Positions 17,075-26,709 of a DNA stretch of 64,000 bases are shown piece after piece. Origin of the DNA: an uncultured Oscillospiraceae bacterium. Its GTDB lineage: Bacteria > Bacillota > Clostridia > UMGS1883. The stretch is taken from NCBI GenBank assembly GCA_964385605.1, contig CAYLPQ010000004.1:6763-70762 (forward strand). The letters are read 5' to 3'. Both the position numbers and the translations under genes were made by a program. The stretch's first letter is position 1. Every line of letters begins with the position of its first letter. Below the pieces are notes generated by a model that made no database searches, was not told the origin of the DNA, and saw only the letters and a program-made list of their open reading frames with translations.

Positions 17075-17103
17075 ATTGTACATCAATAACAACAAAAAGT
17101 CAA
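17075..17103 (-). promoter_or_regulatory. fixed promoter of paralogue C
   Basis: Minus strand TTGACT (17103..17098), 17-nt spacer, TACAAT (17080..17075). Not flanked by inverted repeats. Confidence 0.5.
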
Positions 17104-17142
17104 CTAAAGTTGTAACATAATTTTAAAGAATTTGTAAACTTG

Positions 17143-17180
17143 AAAGCAGAGGTGAAGTCCGGGGAGCTCGCCTCTGCTTT
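17143..17180 (-). terminator. stem-loop downstream of the 913-aa SLH protein gene
   Basis: AAAGCAGAGG...CCTCTGCTTT 10-bp stem with flanking A/T runs. Lies 10 nt after the stop at 17190. Confidence 0.5.
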
Positions 17181-17189
17181 TATCAATTT

Positions 17190-19931
17190 TTATTTAAGCA
17201 CTACAAGTATATCACAAAGATGCTGTCTCTGACGGAAACCGTAAATCATTACACTGCCATCACCAATATCTATGTTGCCGTACTTATCAACATTACCTAT
17301 TGTAGGAATCTTTGTCTTGTCACCCTTTGTGATTTCACCTGTTCTGGTATCAAAGATTGTTACATAGGTAGCAGATGATGTTGTTTCAACATAGTATTCA
17401 TTATTTGCGAGAATACCGATAGAGCCATCTGTACCGGAAATGGGGTAACCTATAACATAACCCCATGTTGTTACATCATAGCTCGTTGATGAATAAGGTC
17501 CAAAGCCTTTACGGATTTGAGTTTCATCGCGCTGTGGAGACGCAACCATAATGGTTTTTGAAATTTCCTGTTTTTCGTTGTCAAACTGTATGAGGAATAT
17601 GTCGCCACACTTGACTCCTGTATACCCTTTTTCTTTGAGAGCGGCTTCAAACACTCCCGGAGCATGCTCACGGAATGTCCATATGTTGTTTTTCCAGAAA
17701 CCTGTTACCTGATAACGTTCTTCTCCAAATTCATCGATAATGACCTTGGCTTCTTTAACAGTAAAGGTTCTGTCATCGTAAGAAGATGCTGTCTGACAGC
17801 AAACCATTGCACCTGCCGCCCAATTCTGGTCTGTATCATAAATAGCAACCTGAAGACCCACAAGAGCAAAGCTGCTGTAGGGGACTACCCTTACTTTTGT
17901 TTCGTCTGTAGTTGTAAGCGAACCGGGTTGCTCTATAAGGAATATCTTGGTATTTTTATCGATGATATACTTACCACCGAGATTTTTGCTTGAATATCCC
18001 GCATAGGTTGAATAACTTCCTGTAACAATTTTATTGAACTTGCTCTGGTCAAAACCGTAGGGAGCTTCCTGCGTTGTTATAACAGTATTATCATACTCAA
18101 GCTTTGTAAATTCACCCTTGGAATTAATCTTGATTCTTATAAGCTGGGGAATAAAATTACCGGTTGTGCTGTAAAGGTCAGCACTGTTGACTACAGCATT
18201 ACCGTCATTTTCGTGGGTTCCGGCTGAATCGATAACCGTAAACTTCTTCGCCGCTTTCACAACAAGGCAGTCTCCCTGTTCGTTAACTATTTTAACAGCA
18301 GGTTTATCACCGGCAAGCCTATCTGTCGAGTCACTGCCTACTTCAAGAAGATATGCATACTCCTCACGCAGTTGAACCTCCTGGAACATTCCCGCTTCAC
18401 CGGCAACATTTATATACACAGTATATTTCGCACCTGACACGGGAGCCTTGAGACTTGAATTTTCGTCATTCATTGCCGCCATATACCATGCACCTACACG
18501 GTAAGTGCTTTCGCCCACCTCAATATGCATTATGTCGTTCTCATCAACCACGACACTGTCAATAACCATAGAGCTATTTACTTCACAAATATAAACAATA
18601 AGCTTTGTATAATCCTTTGACTTGTACACTGAAATGAGAGAATCATTTTTTATATCTGCTATTTCAGCCTCTTCACCTGCTAAATTATAGAAGTGAACAA
18701 CCTCATACTCTTTGTAAAGGATGGGGTCAGCATAATTGCTGTATATTGCTCCGGTAATAGTATTTACAGTTTTTACAAGGTAGTCCTCAAAAGTTTCTGC
18801 AACGATTGTTTCATACTCATTATTCATATCTGCATCAATAAGAGTAAGCTTACCTGTAGGAATTTTGAGCGTTTCACCGACAAATGACGGATATGCTGAA
18901 CCGTTATAGATTAAATCCGCATATATGCTAACCTTAACTTCTTCATTCTTACCTTTTGCATTCTTGTAAACAATGTTGCTCTTTGTGAATTTGTCAGAAT
19001 CTGTAGCAAGGTCATACGCATCTATAACTAAAATATTGTTCCTTGCTGTATCTGTGTAAGCATGTAAAAGTTCCTTTGTGCTACCGTCTCTGTAATAAGC
19101 AACCACACTTCTTCCGATAAGACCGGTAAATTTTTCAGCAACATTGACCATTCTCACACCGTCAATAACAGCAGTGCCGAGGCCTGATGCACTTTTAGAG
19201 CTGAGAGCTGTCTGTCCGTTGTCTGTCATTATACCTTTCCGCTTATAAATACTGTGGTAAACACCTAAAAAATCCAGATGTTCTTTATCTGTATAAGTAG
19301 AAGCCTGATAGGACACAGACTCCAGCACCGGAACCTTCGCGTCAAGAACAGCATCAATCATAAGCACTGCATCATACATTGTAAGGTCACGGTCATAGTC
19401 CGCTGCACCGCTTCTTAAAATGCCAAGATCGATTGCCTTTTTAAGATAACCTGTATAGTATCCGCCATAAAGCTCCGCAAGGTCCTTATAGCCAAGACCT
19501 GAAACAAGAACTTTTATAGCCTGTGCATAGGTAACTTTATTATCGGGCTTAAACTCAACATTATTCACTCCGACCATAAGACCCATTTTCTTAAGGGCTA
19601 TGATTGCTGTAGCATTTGTAGTAAGCTCTTTTACGTCAACATAGGGGTTTTCTGCAAATGATGCTTCGTAAAGATAATTACCAAGCACCTTTTCCATTAC
19701 TCCGGCAAATTCCGCTCTTGAAAGTGTTTCATCTGCATCTTTATCCAATTCTGGGAAAACACCTAAATCAAGAAGCATTTCCAGCTTGCTTTCAAAGGAG
19801 GCAAGCTCTGACTCTGAATACAGGGATTCTACAGTTTCAGCAGTCTCTTCTGCAGAGCCGATCACAAAATTCATCTGCGTAAACAGCAGTGTAAGCGCCG
19901 CTATGATAGCGATTAATCGTTTATTACGCAT
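17190..19931 (-). CDS. SLH-domain cell-surface protein, function unknown
   Basis: 913 aa. Signal peptide. Three N-terminal SLH-like repeats (e.g. YVDVKELTTNATAIIALKKMGLMVGVNNVEFKPDNKVTYAQAIKVL). The large C-terminal region is uncharacterised. Confidence 0.75.
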   Translation of the reverse strand: MRNKRLIAIIAALTLLFTQMNFVIGSAEETAETVESLYSESELASFESKLEMLLDLGVFPELDKDADETLSRAEFAGVMEKVLGNYLYEASFAENPYVDVKELTTNATAIIALKKMGLMVGVNNVEFKPDNKVTYAQAIKVLVSGLGYKDLAELYGGYYTGYLKKAIDLGILRSGAADYDRDLTMYDAVLMIDAVLDAKVPVLESVSYQASTYTDKEHLDFLGVYHSIYKRKGIMTDNGQTALSSKSASGLGTAVIDGVRMVNVAEKFTGLIGRSVVAYYRDGSTKELLHAYTDTARNNILVIDAYDLATDSDKFTKSNIVYKNAKGKNEEVKVSIYADLIYNGSAYPSFVGETLKIPTGKLTLIDADMNNEYETIVAETFEDYLVKTVNTITGAIYSNYADPILYKEYEVVHFYNLAGEEAEIADIKNDSLISVYKSKDYTKLIVYICEVNSSMVIDSVVVDENDIMHIEVGESTYRVGAWYMAAMNDENSSLKAPVSGAKYTVYINVAGEAGMFQEVQLREEYAYLLEVGSDSTDRLAGDKPAVKIVNEQGDCLVVKAAKKFTVIDSAGTHENDGNAVVNSADLYSTTGNFIPQLIRIKINSKGEFTKLEYDNTVITTQEAPYGFDQSKFNKIVTGSYSTYAGYSSKNLGGKYIIDKNTKIFLIEQPGSLTTTDETKVRVVPYSSFALVGLQVAIYDTDQNWAAGAMVCCQTASSYDDRTFTVKEAKVIIDEFGEERYQVTGFWKNNIWTFREHAPGVFEAALKEKGYTGVKCGDIFLIQFDNEKQEISKTIMVASPQRDETQIRKGFGPYSSTSYDVTTWGYVIGYPISGTDGSIGILANNEYYVETTSSATYVTIFDTRTGEITKGDKTKIPTIGNVDKYGNIDIGDGSVMIYGFRQRQHLCDILVVLK

Positions 19932-19957
19932 GTGTTATCACCCTTGCCTTTCCTTTC

Positions 19958-21748
19958 TTATTTTATTATTATCTCATAAATAATTTTTGCAGCCTGTGCT
20001 CTTGTAAGAGTACCCATCGGGCGGAAGGTTTCATCCTCAAATCCATTGATTACAGCAGAGCTCTCAAGCGAAGCAACCGCTTCTATTGCATAATCTGAAA
20101 CCGAATCCGAATCCTTAAAGCTGAGCGCATCTGATTTTGTAACAGTCTTTTTCATAACGTTACAGAATCTGTAAGCCATAACTGCTGCATCCTGTCTGGT
20201 AAGAGTTGCCGCAGGCTTAAATGTATTGTCGGTGTAGCCTGAAACAATACCTCTGGAAACGGCACTGGCGATATAAGCTTTTGACCATCTGTCTGCAGCA
20301 ACGTCAGCAAATGTAGTGTCAATTTCTTCATTATATATATCGCCTGCTACAATAAGCATTTTAACAAACTGCTCACGTGTTACAAGGTCATCGGGGGCAA
20401 ATCCGCCATTTTCAAAACCTTCAACTATACTCATTTCAGCAAGAGTCTGAACTGCGGTATATGCCCAGTGTTCTTTTACAACATCACTGAATTTCTGTTC
20501 CATCTCGTCATTAGGAAGATTTTGTTCGATTACATCAGAACCTATTGTTATGTTATCAGCTATGTATCCGTTATCAATGGTTCCGACTGTGCTGCTAGGG
20601 AGGCTTCCGCCGCCACCGCCGCCTCCGCCACCGCCGGAGCCGCCTTTCTTCTCTTTAAGATATGCAATACCTTCAGCATAAGCCGCTGTCACATCAGAAG
20701 GAAGCTCAAAGTTTCTTTCAACAAAAGCCTTATTCACCTCTGCTGCAGAATACTTTTTGCACTGCTTCGCATGGTCCTTCATATCTACACCAAGGATTTC
20801 GCCGTATTCTTCAAGAATATCCGTAGCTGTTTCTGCATCGCATCCGTTAATTGCTACAACACCCTTGCTCTGCTCAAACACCTTGCGTGCATCAAGCATT
20901 GAACGCGGAACATATTTGCCCTTTTCCGAACCTTCCGCAATCGAATTGAGAAATATCTTTGCAACGGCTGTTTTATCATCTGTATAATCCTCATTTTCAA
21001 TGTCGATACCGAGAATATCTGCATTACTTTCAAGAATTTCGATAAGCTCTGCAGGTGTTTCTGCCGCATACATATCACGGAAAATGCCTATTGCAGAGAA
21101 TGTATCCTGAACTTTATACATTTCACCCGCTGCATAACCGTCGGGGTAGTCATCAGTCTTAATCGATTCAAAAAGGCTGTTAATTACATCCTTGTTATCT
21201 TCGTAATCGCCTGCAACATCAACACCAATAAGAAGCTCCTTCTCACGGATTAGAGGTTCAACAGTATCTTTTGTTGCTTCGTTAAATGCAGGAATTGTAA
21301 CTGTATTGATTGAGTTTACGTTTTCAAAGTAGATAAACTCTGAATCTTTTGAAATCGCGCTTCTGTAACCGCCGCCTGATGCTGATACCATATAGTATCC
21401 GGCGGTAAGGTCAGCAAGTTTAAATTCTGCACTGAAGTTACCATCAAGGTCGGCAGTCACATTTTTGATTTTCTTAATATTCATTACACTTAAAGGATAC
21501 TGGGGTTCGGGATTAAGTCTGTCGGCAACATCCGCCATACCCGTAATAGTCTCCTCGGGTGCGTAAATTACGATTGACACGTTCTGCCCGTAAAGAGCGG
21601 GAGTCACACCCGTTATTGTAATCTTTTCATTGTCATAGTCAATGAGGGGTGTTATCTCAAAATCAGCGGCAGATGCATTAATCACCACTAGATTCATGGA
21701 TAACGCAAACATAAGACAAATGATAAGGCTTAAAATACGCTTTTTCAT
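19958..21748 (-). CDS. SLH-domain cell-surface protein with poly-Gly linker
   Basis: 596 aa. Signal peptide. GGSGGGGGGGGGGS linker. Three canonical C-terminal SLH domains (FSDVVKEHWAYTAV..., FADVAADRWSKAYI..., FKDSDSVSDYAIEAV...). Confidence 0.8.
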   Translation of the reverse strand: MKKRILSLIICLMFALSMNLVVINASAADFEITPLIDYDNEKITITGVTPALYGQNVSIVIYAPEETITGMADVADRLNPEPQYPLSVMNIKKIKNVTADLDGNFSAEFKLADLTAGYYMVSASGGGYRSAISKDSEFIYFENVNSINTVTIPAFNEATKDTVEPLIREKELLIGVDVAGDYEDNKDVINSLFESIKTDDYPDGYAAGEMYKVQDTFSAIGIFRDMYAAETPAELIEILESNADILGIDIENEDYTDDKTAVAKIFLNSIAEGSEKGKYVPRSMLDARKVFEQSKGVVAINGCDAETATDILEEYGEILGVDMKDHAKQCKKYSAAEVNKAFVERNFELPSDVTAAYAEGIAYLKEKKGGSGGGGGGGGGGSLPSSTVGTIDNGYIADNITIGSDVIEQNLPNDEMEQKFSDVVKEHWAYTAVQTLAEMSIVEGFENGGFAPDDLVTREQFVKMLIVAGDIYNEEIDTTFADVAADRWSKAYIASAVSRGIVSGYTDNTFKPAATLTRQDAAVMAYRFCNVMKKTVTKSDALSFKDSDSVSDYAIEAVASLESSAVINGFEDETFRPMGTLTRAQAAKIIYEIIIK

Positions 21749-21753
21749 TGTGC

Positions 21754-24678
21754 TTATCTCCTTTCTTCTGCTGTGGGGGGAGTAGTTTTTCTTACAATAG
21801 TAGTCGTTCCTACAATTTCATCGGGAACTTTTACATCAACAGATTTGATATATGCCTCTGTGCTGACACCGCTTATGCGGAAGTCAGTTCCCAGGATAAA
21901 CATATTATCAAGGTTGATGTCGTCAAAATGAATAGTCTCCGTCACAAACCGGCCGGTATTCTTTCTCTCAATAAAGACTTCTCTTTCAGTAAGCGTTCCA
22001 TAACCACCCACATTGTTGTCCCATGTGTTGTAAGTAAGCTTGATGGGAGTTGTTCCCTCGTCAAGGAAAGTTACAGCTATATCAGCAGAAGTATTTTCAG
22101 TCTCAACATAGCTTGCCTTAACGTTTACGTTCATCTGATTGTTACGGGGAATTCTGAATCCCTGAATTTCACCATTTTCATCTTTATCGGCAATTATATA
22201 GTGATCAAAGCCATTGTAGCCGAAGGTGTCACAGGTTTCAGAAACTTCATACTGACCACCCTCGAGAGGAGTGCCAAAAACTATATCGGAAACATCCATC
22301 CACGCAATTTCAACGTGTGACAGGTCATCTGACTGATGACCTATAATAACCTTTGTATCATCCATTGAGAACTGGGGATGAATATGTCCGGGGTTATCTG
22401 TAAGAGGAAATCTGCCGAGGAAGTAGTCCTTTCCTGTATAAGTATCTATAAGATAAAGGTCTGACCTTCCACGTCCGTACTGTGAGTCACCTACAAGCCA
22501 ACGGTCAGTGGTATTACTGAGCATTGCATGGTTGATTGATGCACCGCCACCATTCTTTGCGGTATATTCATATTCTACAGGAATATATTTCTTATCGGTA
22601 CCATCAGGACGAACCATAACCGCACCTGCAACACCGATACCACGTTTAACGCCATCCATCGTACCAACATTCTTAACTGCCATTATCCACTCGCCGTTAT
22701 TACTCCATGCTTCGTGAACAAGTGATTCACCACTGTAGTACTTGTTTCCAAGAAGGTCATTATCCCAGCGGTACGGCTTCTGGGGAATTGCACAGTAGTA
22801 TTCATCTGTATCCATATCAACCACCCATACACGGTCATACTGGGGCGTGCCGTTGGGATGCTCCCACTCGTGAGCAAAGAATGCGTAATTGTCATAAACG
22901 GGATTGATACAAACATGGTTGGGATAGTACCAGTTAGAAATAAAGCCCCACCAGTGGTCTATATCCCACTCCTGCTCGTCCACCTTGTAAATCGGTATAC
23001 GGCTGTAGTAGTTGGCATCAAAATCACCCTTCGTATCACGCCACTCGTAGCTGATACGGGTTTCTGCATTGTTAACCTGCATCATTATGGGCTGACGTGT
23101 CTGCCATTCGGGAATACGTCCCATAATCTCGTATGTAAATTCGTCTGTCTTTATGTCTACACCATCAAGGGGAACCTTGACAATATTCCAATCCTTATCA
23201 GTATACCAGAGATTATTCTTGGGAGTAATCATAAAGTTGTAGTCCGTAAGAAGGTTACCTACAAACTTTGTCTTATTTGTTTCAATTTCATATACATACA
23301 AATGCATATTGCTGTCACGGAATACCAAATAACGGTTATCTATACTCATACAGTTCTGCGTATAATACTCTTTAAGAGCATTCTGACCGAAGAAGTCAAT
23401 CTCATGGTATTCACGACGCGAATCTTCGTTAATAAGAGTACGTTTCTCAATTGTGAAGATATTTTCAAGAAGCCAGTTGTTAAGTGCCTTGTCCTTCGCA
23501 TTAAGAAGGGTGTCCTCTGTATAGAAGCCGGCATCAAACAGCTTACCGAAAGCACTCTCCCCTGTGTTAAGGTTTGAAATGGAGAATACGTTCATTGCAA
23601 GAGTTACGAAAACGTCTACATTTCCGTCTTTTTCCGGCTGGAAAATCATTGAGCCTGCATTGATAAGACCGTATTCCTTTCCGAGCCTGATGCAATCTGA
23701 TTCAAGATTGACACCGCTTACACCGATAAGGCGCAGATATGCGGCAATCATTTCCTTCTGCTTTATGTTTTCACCTGCGCCAAGGGTTGTGCTGTCGGAC
23801 TTTATAATACCGAGCTTTTCAGCATAGCCTATGTATGGAGCCGCTTCTGAACTTACGTCTGTAAACTTTGACTTACGGTTTTCTGCAAGAGCAGCTTCCT
23901 GGAGAGCATAAGATTTCATCATCTGAACATAGAACTCTTCACGGGTAAGCTTTTTGTCAAGCTTGGGGTCAAACTCCTCACCCTCACCATAACCGTCAAA
24001 CATCTGAAGGTAGTTAAGAGAAGTTACCTTCTGGCTGTTGAACACTCCGAAGTCCTCATCTGCACCTGCAGTCTTTGAAAGGTTACGCACCTCTATACGT
24101 GAGAATGTATTGTACGCATTTGATACAAGACGGAAGTCTGTACCGTGGTCAAGCGCCTGTGTGAAGCAGGCATCGTCTACATAAAGAGTAGCTCTGTGCC
24201 ATCCACCGGCTGTCTTCTTACTGTTTTCGTCAAGACCGAGCTTATATATTGAAGCTCTCACAACCTCGCCCTGATTTTTAGTTGTGTATTCTACGTGGAA
24301 GTAACCGCCTCCGCCGTAGTCCCAGTAGTCTATTATAAATGCGAACACACTGTCTTCCTTATCAGCAAAACCCGGTTCAAAAGTGCAGTACAGATAGTTT
24401 TCAACATACACCTGTCTGCCGGGGATGCCGTTCCACTCAACCTGCTCGCTGTATTTTTCGTCATATCTGCCGGCTGACTGTCCGTCGATGAAAGTCATTT
24501 TGTTCATCTGCGGCATAGGACTGAATATGATTGAAGCATTATTGGGGTCCGCCGGATCTGCTTTCTGCACATTCATAACCTGTGTTGTTGTGTAGTAGTC
24601 TGCAGCATTTACTGCAATACTCCATATGGTAAAACACAGCACAAGACATAATACTATGCTTATGAGTTTTTTTCGCAT
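21754..24678 (-). CDS. secreted protein with internal SLH-like pair and a PL22 (oligogalacturonate lyase)-like / TolB-like beta-propeller
   Basis: 974 aa. Signal peptide. SLH-like segment FTDVSSEAAPYIGYAEKLGII. Propeller region ends in the metal-site-like motif NPGHIHPQFSMDDTKVIIGHQSD. C-terminal module paralogous to that of the 34904..38740 product. Confidence 0.6.
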   Translation of the reverse strand: MRKKLISIVLCLVLCFTIWSIAVNAADYYTTTQVMNVQKADPADPNNASIIFSPMPQMNKMTFIDGQSAGRYDEKYSEQVEWNGIPGRQVYVENYLYCTFEPGFADKEDSVFAFIIDYWDYGGGGYFHVEYTTKNQGEVVRASIYKLGLDENSKKTAGGWHRATLYVDDACFTQALDHGTDFRLVSNAYNTFSRIEVRNLSKTAGADEDFGVFNSQKVTSLNYLQMFDGYGEGEEFDPKLDKKLTREEFYVQMMKSYALQEAALAENRKSKFTDVSSEAAPYIGYAEKLGIIKSDSTTLGAGENIKQKEMIAAYLRLIGVSGVNLESDCIRLGKEYGLINAGSMIFQPEKDGNVDVFVTLAMNVFSISNLNTGESAFGKLFDAGFYTEDTLLNAKDKALNNWLLENIFTIEKRTLINEDSRREYHEIDFFGQNALKEYYTQNCMSIDNRYLVFRDSNMHLYVYEIETNKTKFVGNLLTDYNFMITPKNNLWYTDKDWNIVKVPLDGVDIKTDEFTYEIMGRIPEWQTRQPIMMQVNNAETRISYEWRDTKGDFDANYYSRIPIYKVDEQEWDIDHWWGFISNWYYPNHVCINPVYDNYAFFAHEWEHPNGTPQYDRVWVVDMDTDEYYCAIPQKPYRWDNDLLGNKYYSGESLVHEAWSNNGEWIMAVKNVGTMDGVKRGIGVAGAVMVRPDGTDKKYIPVEYEYTAKNGGGASINHAMLSNTTDRWLVGDSQYGRGRSDLYLIDTYTGKDYFLGRFPLTDNPGHIHPQFSMDDTKVIIGHQSDDLSHVEIAWMDVSDIVFGTPLEGGQYEVSETCDTFGYNGFDHYIIADKDENGEIQGFRIPRNNQMNVNVKASYVETENTSADIAVTFLDEGTTPIKLTYNTWDNNVGGYGTLTEREVFIERKNTGRFVTETIHFDDINLDNMFILGTDFRISGVSTEAYIKSVDVKVPDEIVGTTTIVRKTTPPTAEERR

Positions 24679-24711
24679 CAGTGTACCTCCTTTTCAGATT
24701 TCCCGTTTTTA

Positions 24712-26307
24712 TTATTCGGGAATATATGCACGTACGGAATGAATTGTAATCTCATTACCGCTTGATGTACCGATTGTAAAGTCAGCATTTGCAATCTGAC
24801 TTGCTGACATACTGTTGCCTCCGAAGTCTGCATCTGTAAGTTCAAATCTTACTCTCTGCCACTCGCCTGTTGCTGTTACGGGAACCACTATTGGTTCGTT
24901 ACCGTCGTAGTTATATGTAAATACGATTTCCTCGCCCTCTGTTTCTGTGTAGTATTCAACTTCTACGTTAACTGTGCTTGAACCTGTAACTGCAGATTCT
25001 GTAACGTCACATTCGAGAACACTACCGCTATCTACCTTAACGCCGCCCTTGCCGTCAATTTTAACCTTTTCCGTGTCGTCTGCCTTATCTGTGAAAAGCA
25101 CGCCGTCATTGATGTAAGCATCTGTCACTCTGCCTATAGCTTCCTTCATAAGCTCATTATACTGACTGGTAGGAAGAACTGAAAGGCTGTAAATTTTAAG
25201 TCCTTTACCGCCTGACGCGAAAATTCTGAGCTTACAATAGCTGTTACCGCTTGAAGATGAAAGCTCACCGAAGTTACAGTTAGTTACACGCTTTACCAGT
25301 GTTTTCCACTGTTTTGTATTGCCAAGCGAACCTAATGTTGCACCGGTGTAAAGGGAATCCGGGCCATCACCGACACGGTTGTAGTCCATGGTAATAGACT
25401 TATTGCTGTAGCCCATGTCATCATCATAATATGTCATAATGAATGTAAGGTCCGGCTCATTCGCAAGCTCCGCCGCTGCCTCGGCAGAGAACTTAAATGG
25501 AATTCTTGTTACGATGTCACGTCCGCCGTAACCATCCTTGCTGGGATTAACTGTTGCTCTGCAAGCAAGACCGTCCGCCTCGGAAGCACCGGAGAATCCG
25601 TAGTATGAAGTACTCTTTTCATTACAGAAAAGGAGTCCGCCGCTTTCTATAATGTTATCACCGTCAAGAATAACAGTGGGGATATTCTTCGTCATCATAT
25701 TAAGGGCAATTTCCTGAACAGATTCAATACCCTCATCATCAACTGCTTTAACAGAGTATGTTGTTTCCACACCGCGCTCCTGATTTGTAGCGGTGAAGCT
25801 TCTGTCCTCTGTATTGCCAAGGAAGATACCCATATTGTATACGTTATACGAGGTAATGCCATGATAGTCATCATCACCTGCATTCCATTCAAGGTCAACA
25901 GTAGTCATTGACTGGTCAGGAGAATTAAGTTCTGTTGAAGGAACAGGTGCGCTGTTTTCAAGTGGTGTACGGATTTCTTCACCGTCCCATATGTAGTATG
26001 AAAGAGTTGAAGTTGCACTCATATCCTCAATTTCGACCGTAATAGTCTCCGTAGCGCCCTGTGCCACTGCTATAGCTCCGCTCTGGTTAATAGCAGTAAT
26101 CTTATCATTTTCGTCAGTATACACTGCGATAAGATTAACCCGGGCATCATCTGCTGTATTATTTGTTGCATTCACCTTTACATATGTAGTGGCATCAGAA
26201 TCAAGCCTCTCAAGCACTATTTTTCTGGGTGCGGCAAAAGCAGACAGTGAAACCATTGACACTGCCACAACAATTACCATTAATGCTGCACTCAATTTTT
26301 TAAACAT
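24712..26307 (-). CDS. secreted protein with fibronectin type III domain, function unknown
   Basis: 531 aa. Signal peptide. FN3-like segment TVDLEWNAGDDDYHGITSYNVYNMG...TYSVKAVDDEGIES. Confidence 0.7.
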   Translation of the reverse strand: MFKKLSAALMVIVVAVSMVSLSAFAAPRKIVLERLDSDATTYVKVNATNNTADDARVNLIAVYTDENDKITAINQSGAIAVAQGATETITVEIEDMSATSTLSYYIWDGEEIRTPLENSAPVPSTELNSPDQSMTTVDLEWNAGDDDYHGITSYNVYNMGIFLGNTEDRSFTATNQERGVETTYSVKAVDDEGIESVQEIALNMMTKNIPTVILDGDNIIESGGLLFCNEKSTSYYGFSGASEADGLACRATVNPSKDGYGGRDIVTRIPFKFSAEAAAELANEPDLTFIMTYYDDDMGYSNKSITMDYNRVGDGPDSLYTGATLGSLGNTKQWKTLVKRVTNCNFGELSSSSGNSYCKLRIFASGGKGLKIYSLSVLPTSQYNELMKEAIGRVTDAYINDGVLFTDKADDTEKVKIDGKGGVKVDSGSVLECDVTESAVTGSSTVNVEVEYYTETEGEEIVFTYNYDGNEPIVVPVTATGEWQRVRFELTDADFGGNSMSASQIANADFTIGTSSGNEITIHSVRAYIPE

Positions 26308-26498
26308 AACATTTCCTCCTTAAGTGTTTATGTAAATAAAATTATTACCCTTATTATATGATACAACAATTTTCTACATTTTTCAATGAACTATATTAGC
26401 TTTTCTCAAAAATCATTGCACTATATTGACATTTAGTCGAAACTACACCAGTATCATTCTTATTTAATATATGATACCATATCGGAAACCTCATAACA

Positions 26499-26533
26499 AT
26501 ACGTTTTTAGACTTAAATTATACGTTTTTGGAC
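26499..26533. repeat. direct repeat ATACGTTTTT(A/G)GAC x2 at 21-bp spacing
   Basis: Copies at 26499..26512 and 26520..26533, 13/14 identical. Located in the 400-bp region upstream of the 24712..26307 operon. Confidence 0.7.
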
Positions 26534-26650
26534 ATTTTTACCGATTTAAGGGTTTCCCCAAGCTTATTATAGCATAAAATTGCACAAAACTGAATGGAAT
26601 TTTTCCTTTTCATCATATGTAATTTTTCCCTTTTTAAAGTAAGAGAACGC

Positions 26651-26689
26651 AAAAACACCCAATCCGGCAAGCCGAATCAGGTGTTTTTA
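26651..26689 (-). terminator. intrinsic terminator downstream of the AraC-type regulator gene
   Basis: AAAACACC...GGTGTTTT outer stem with an inner CGGC-AA-GCCG stem, followed by T5 on the minus strand. Confidence 0.65.
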
Positions 26690-26709
26690 CATTTTCCCGC
26701 AATATTTTT

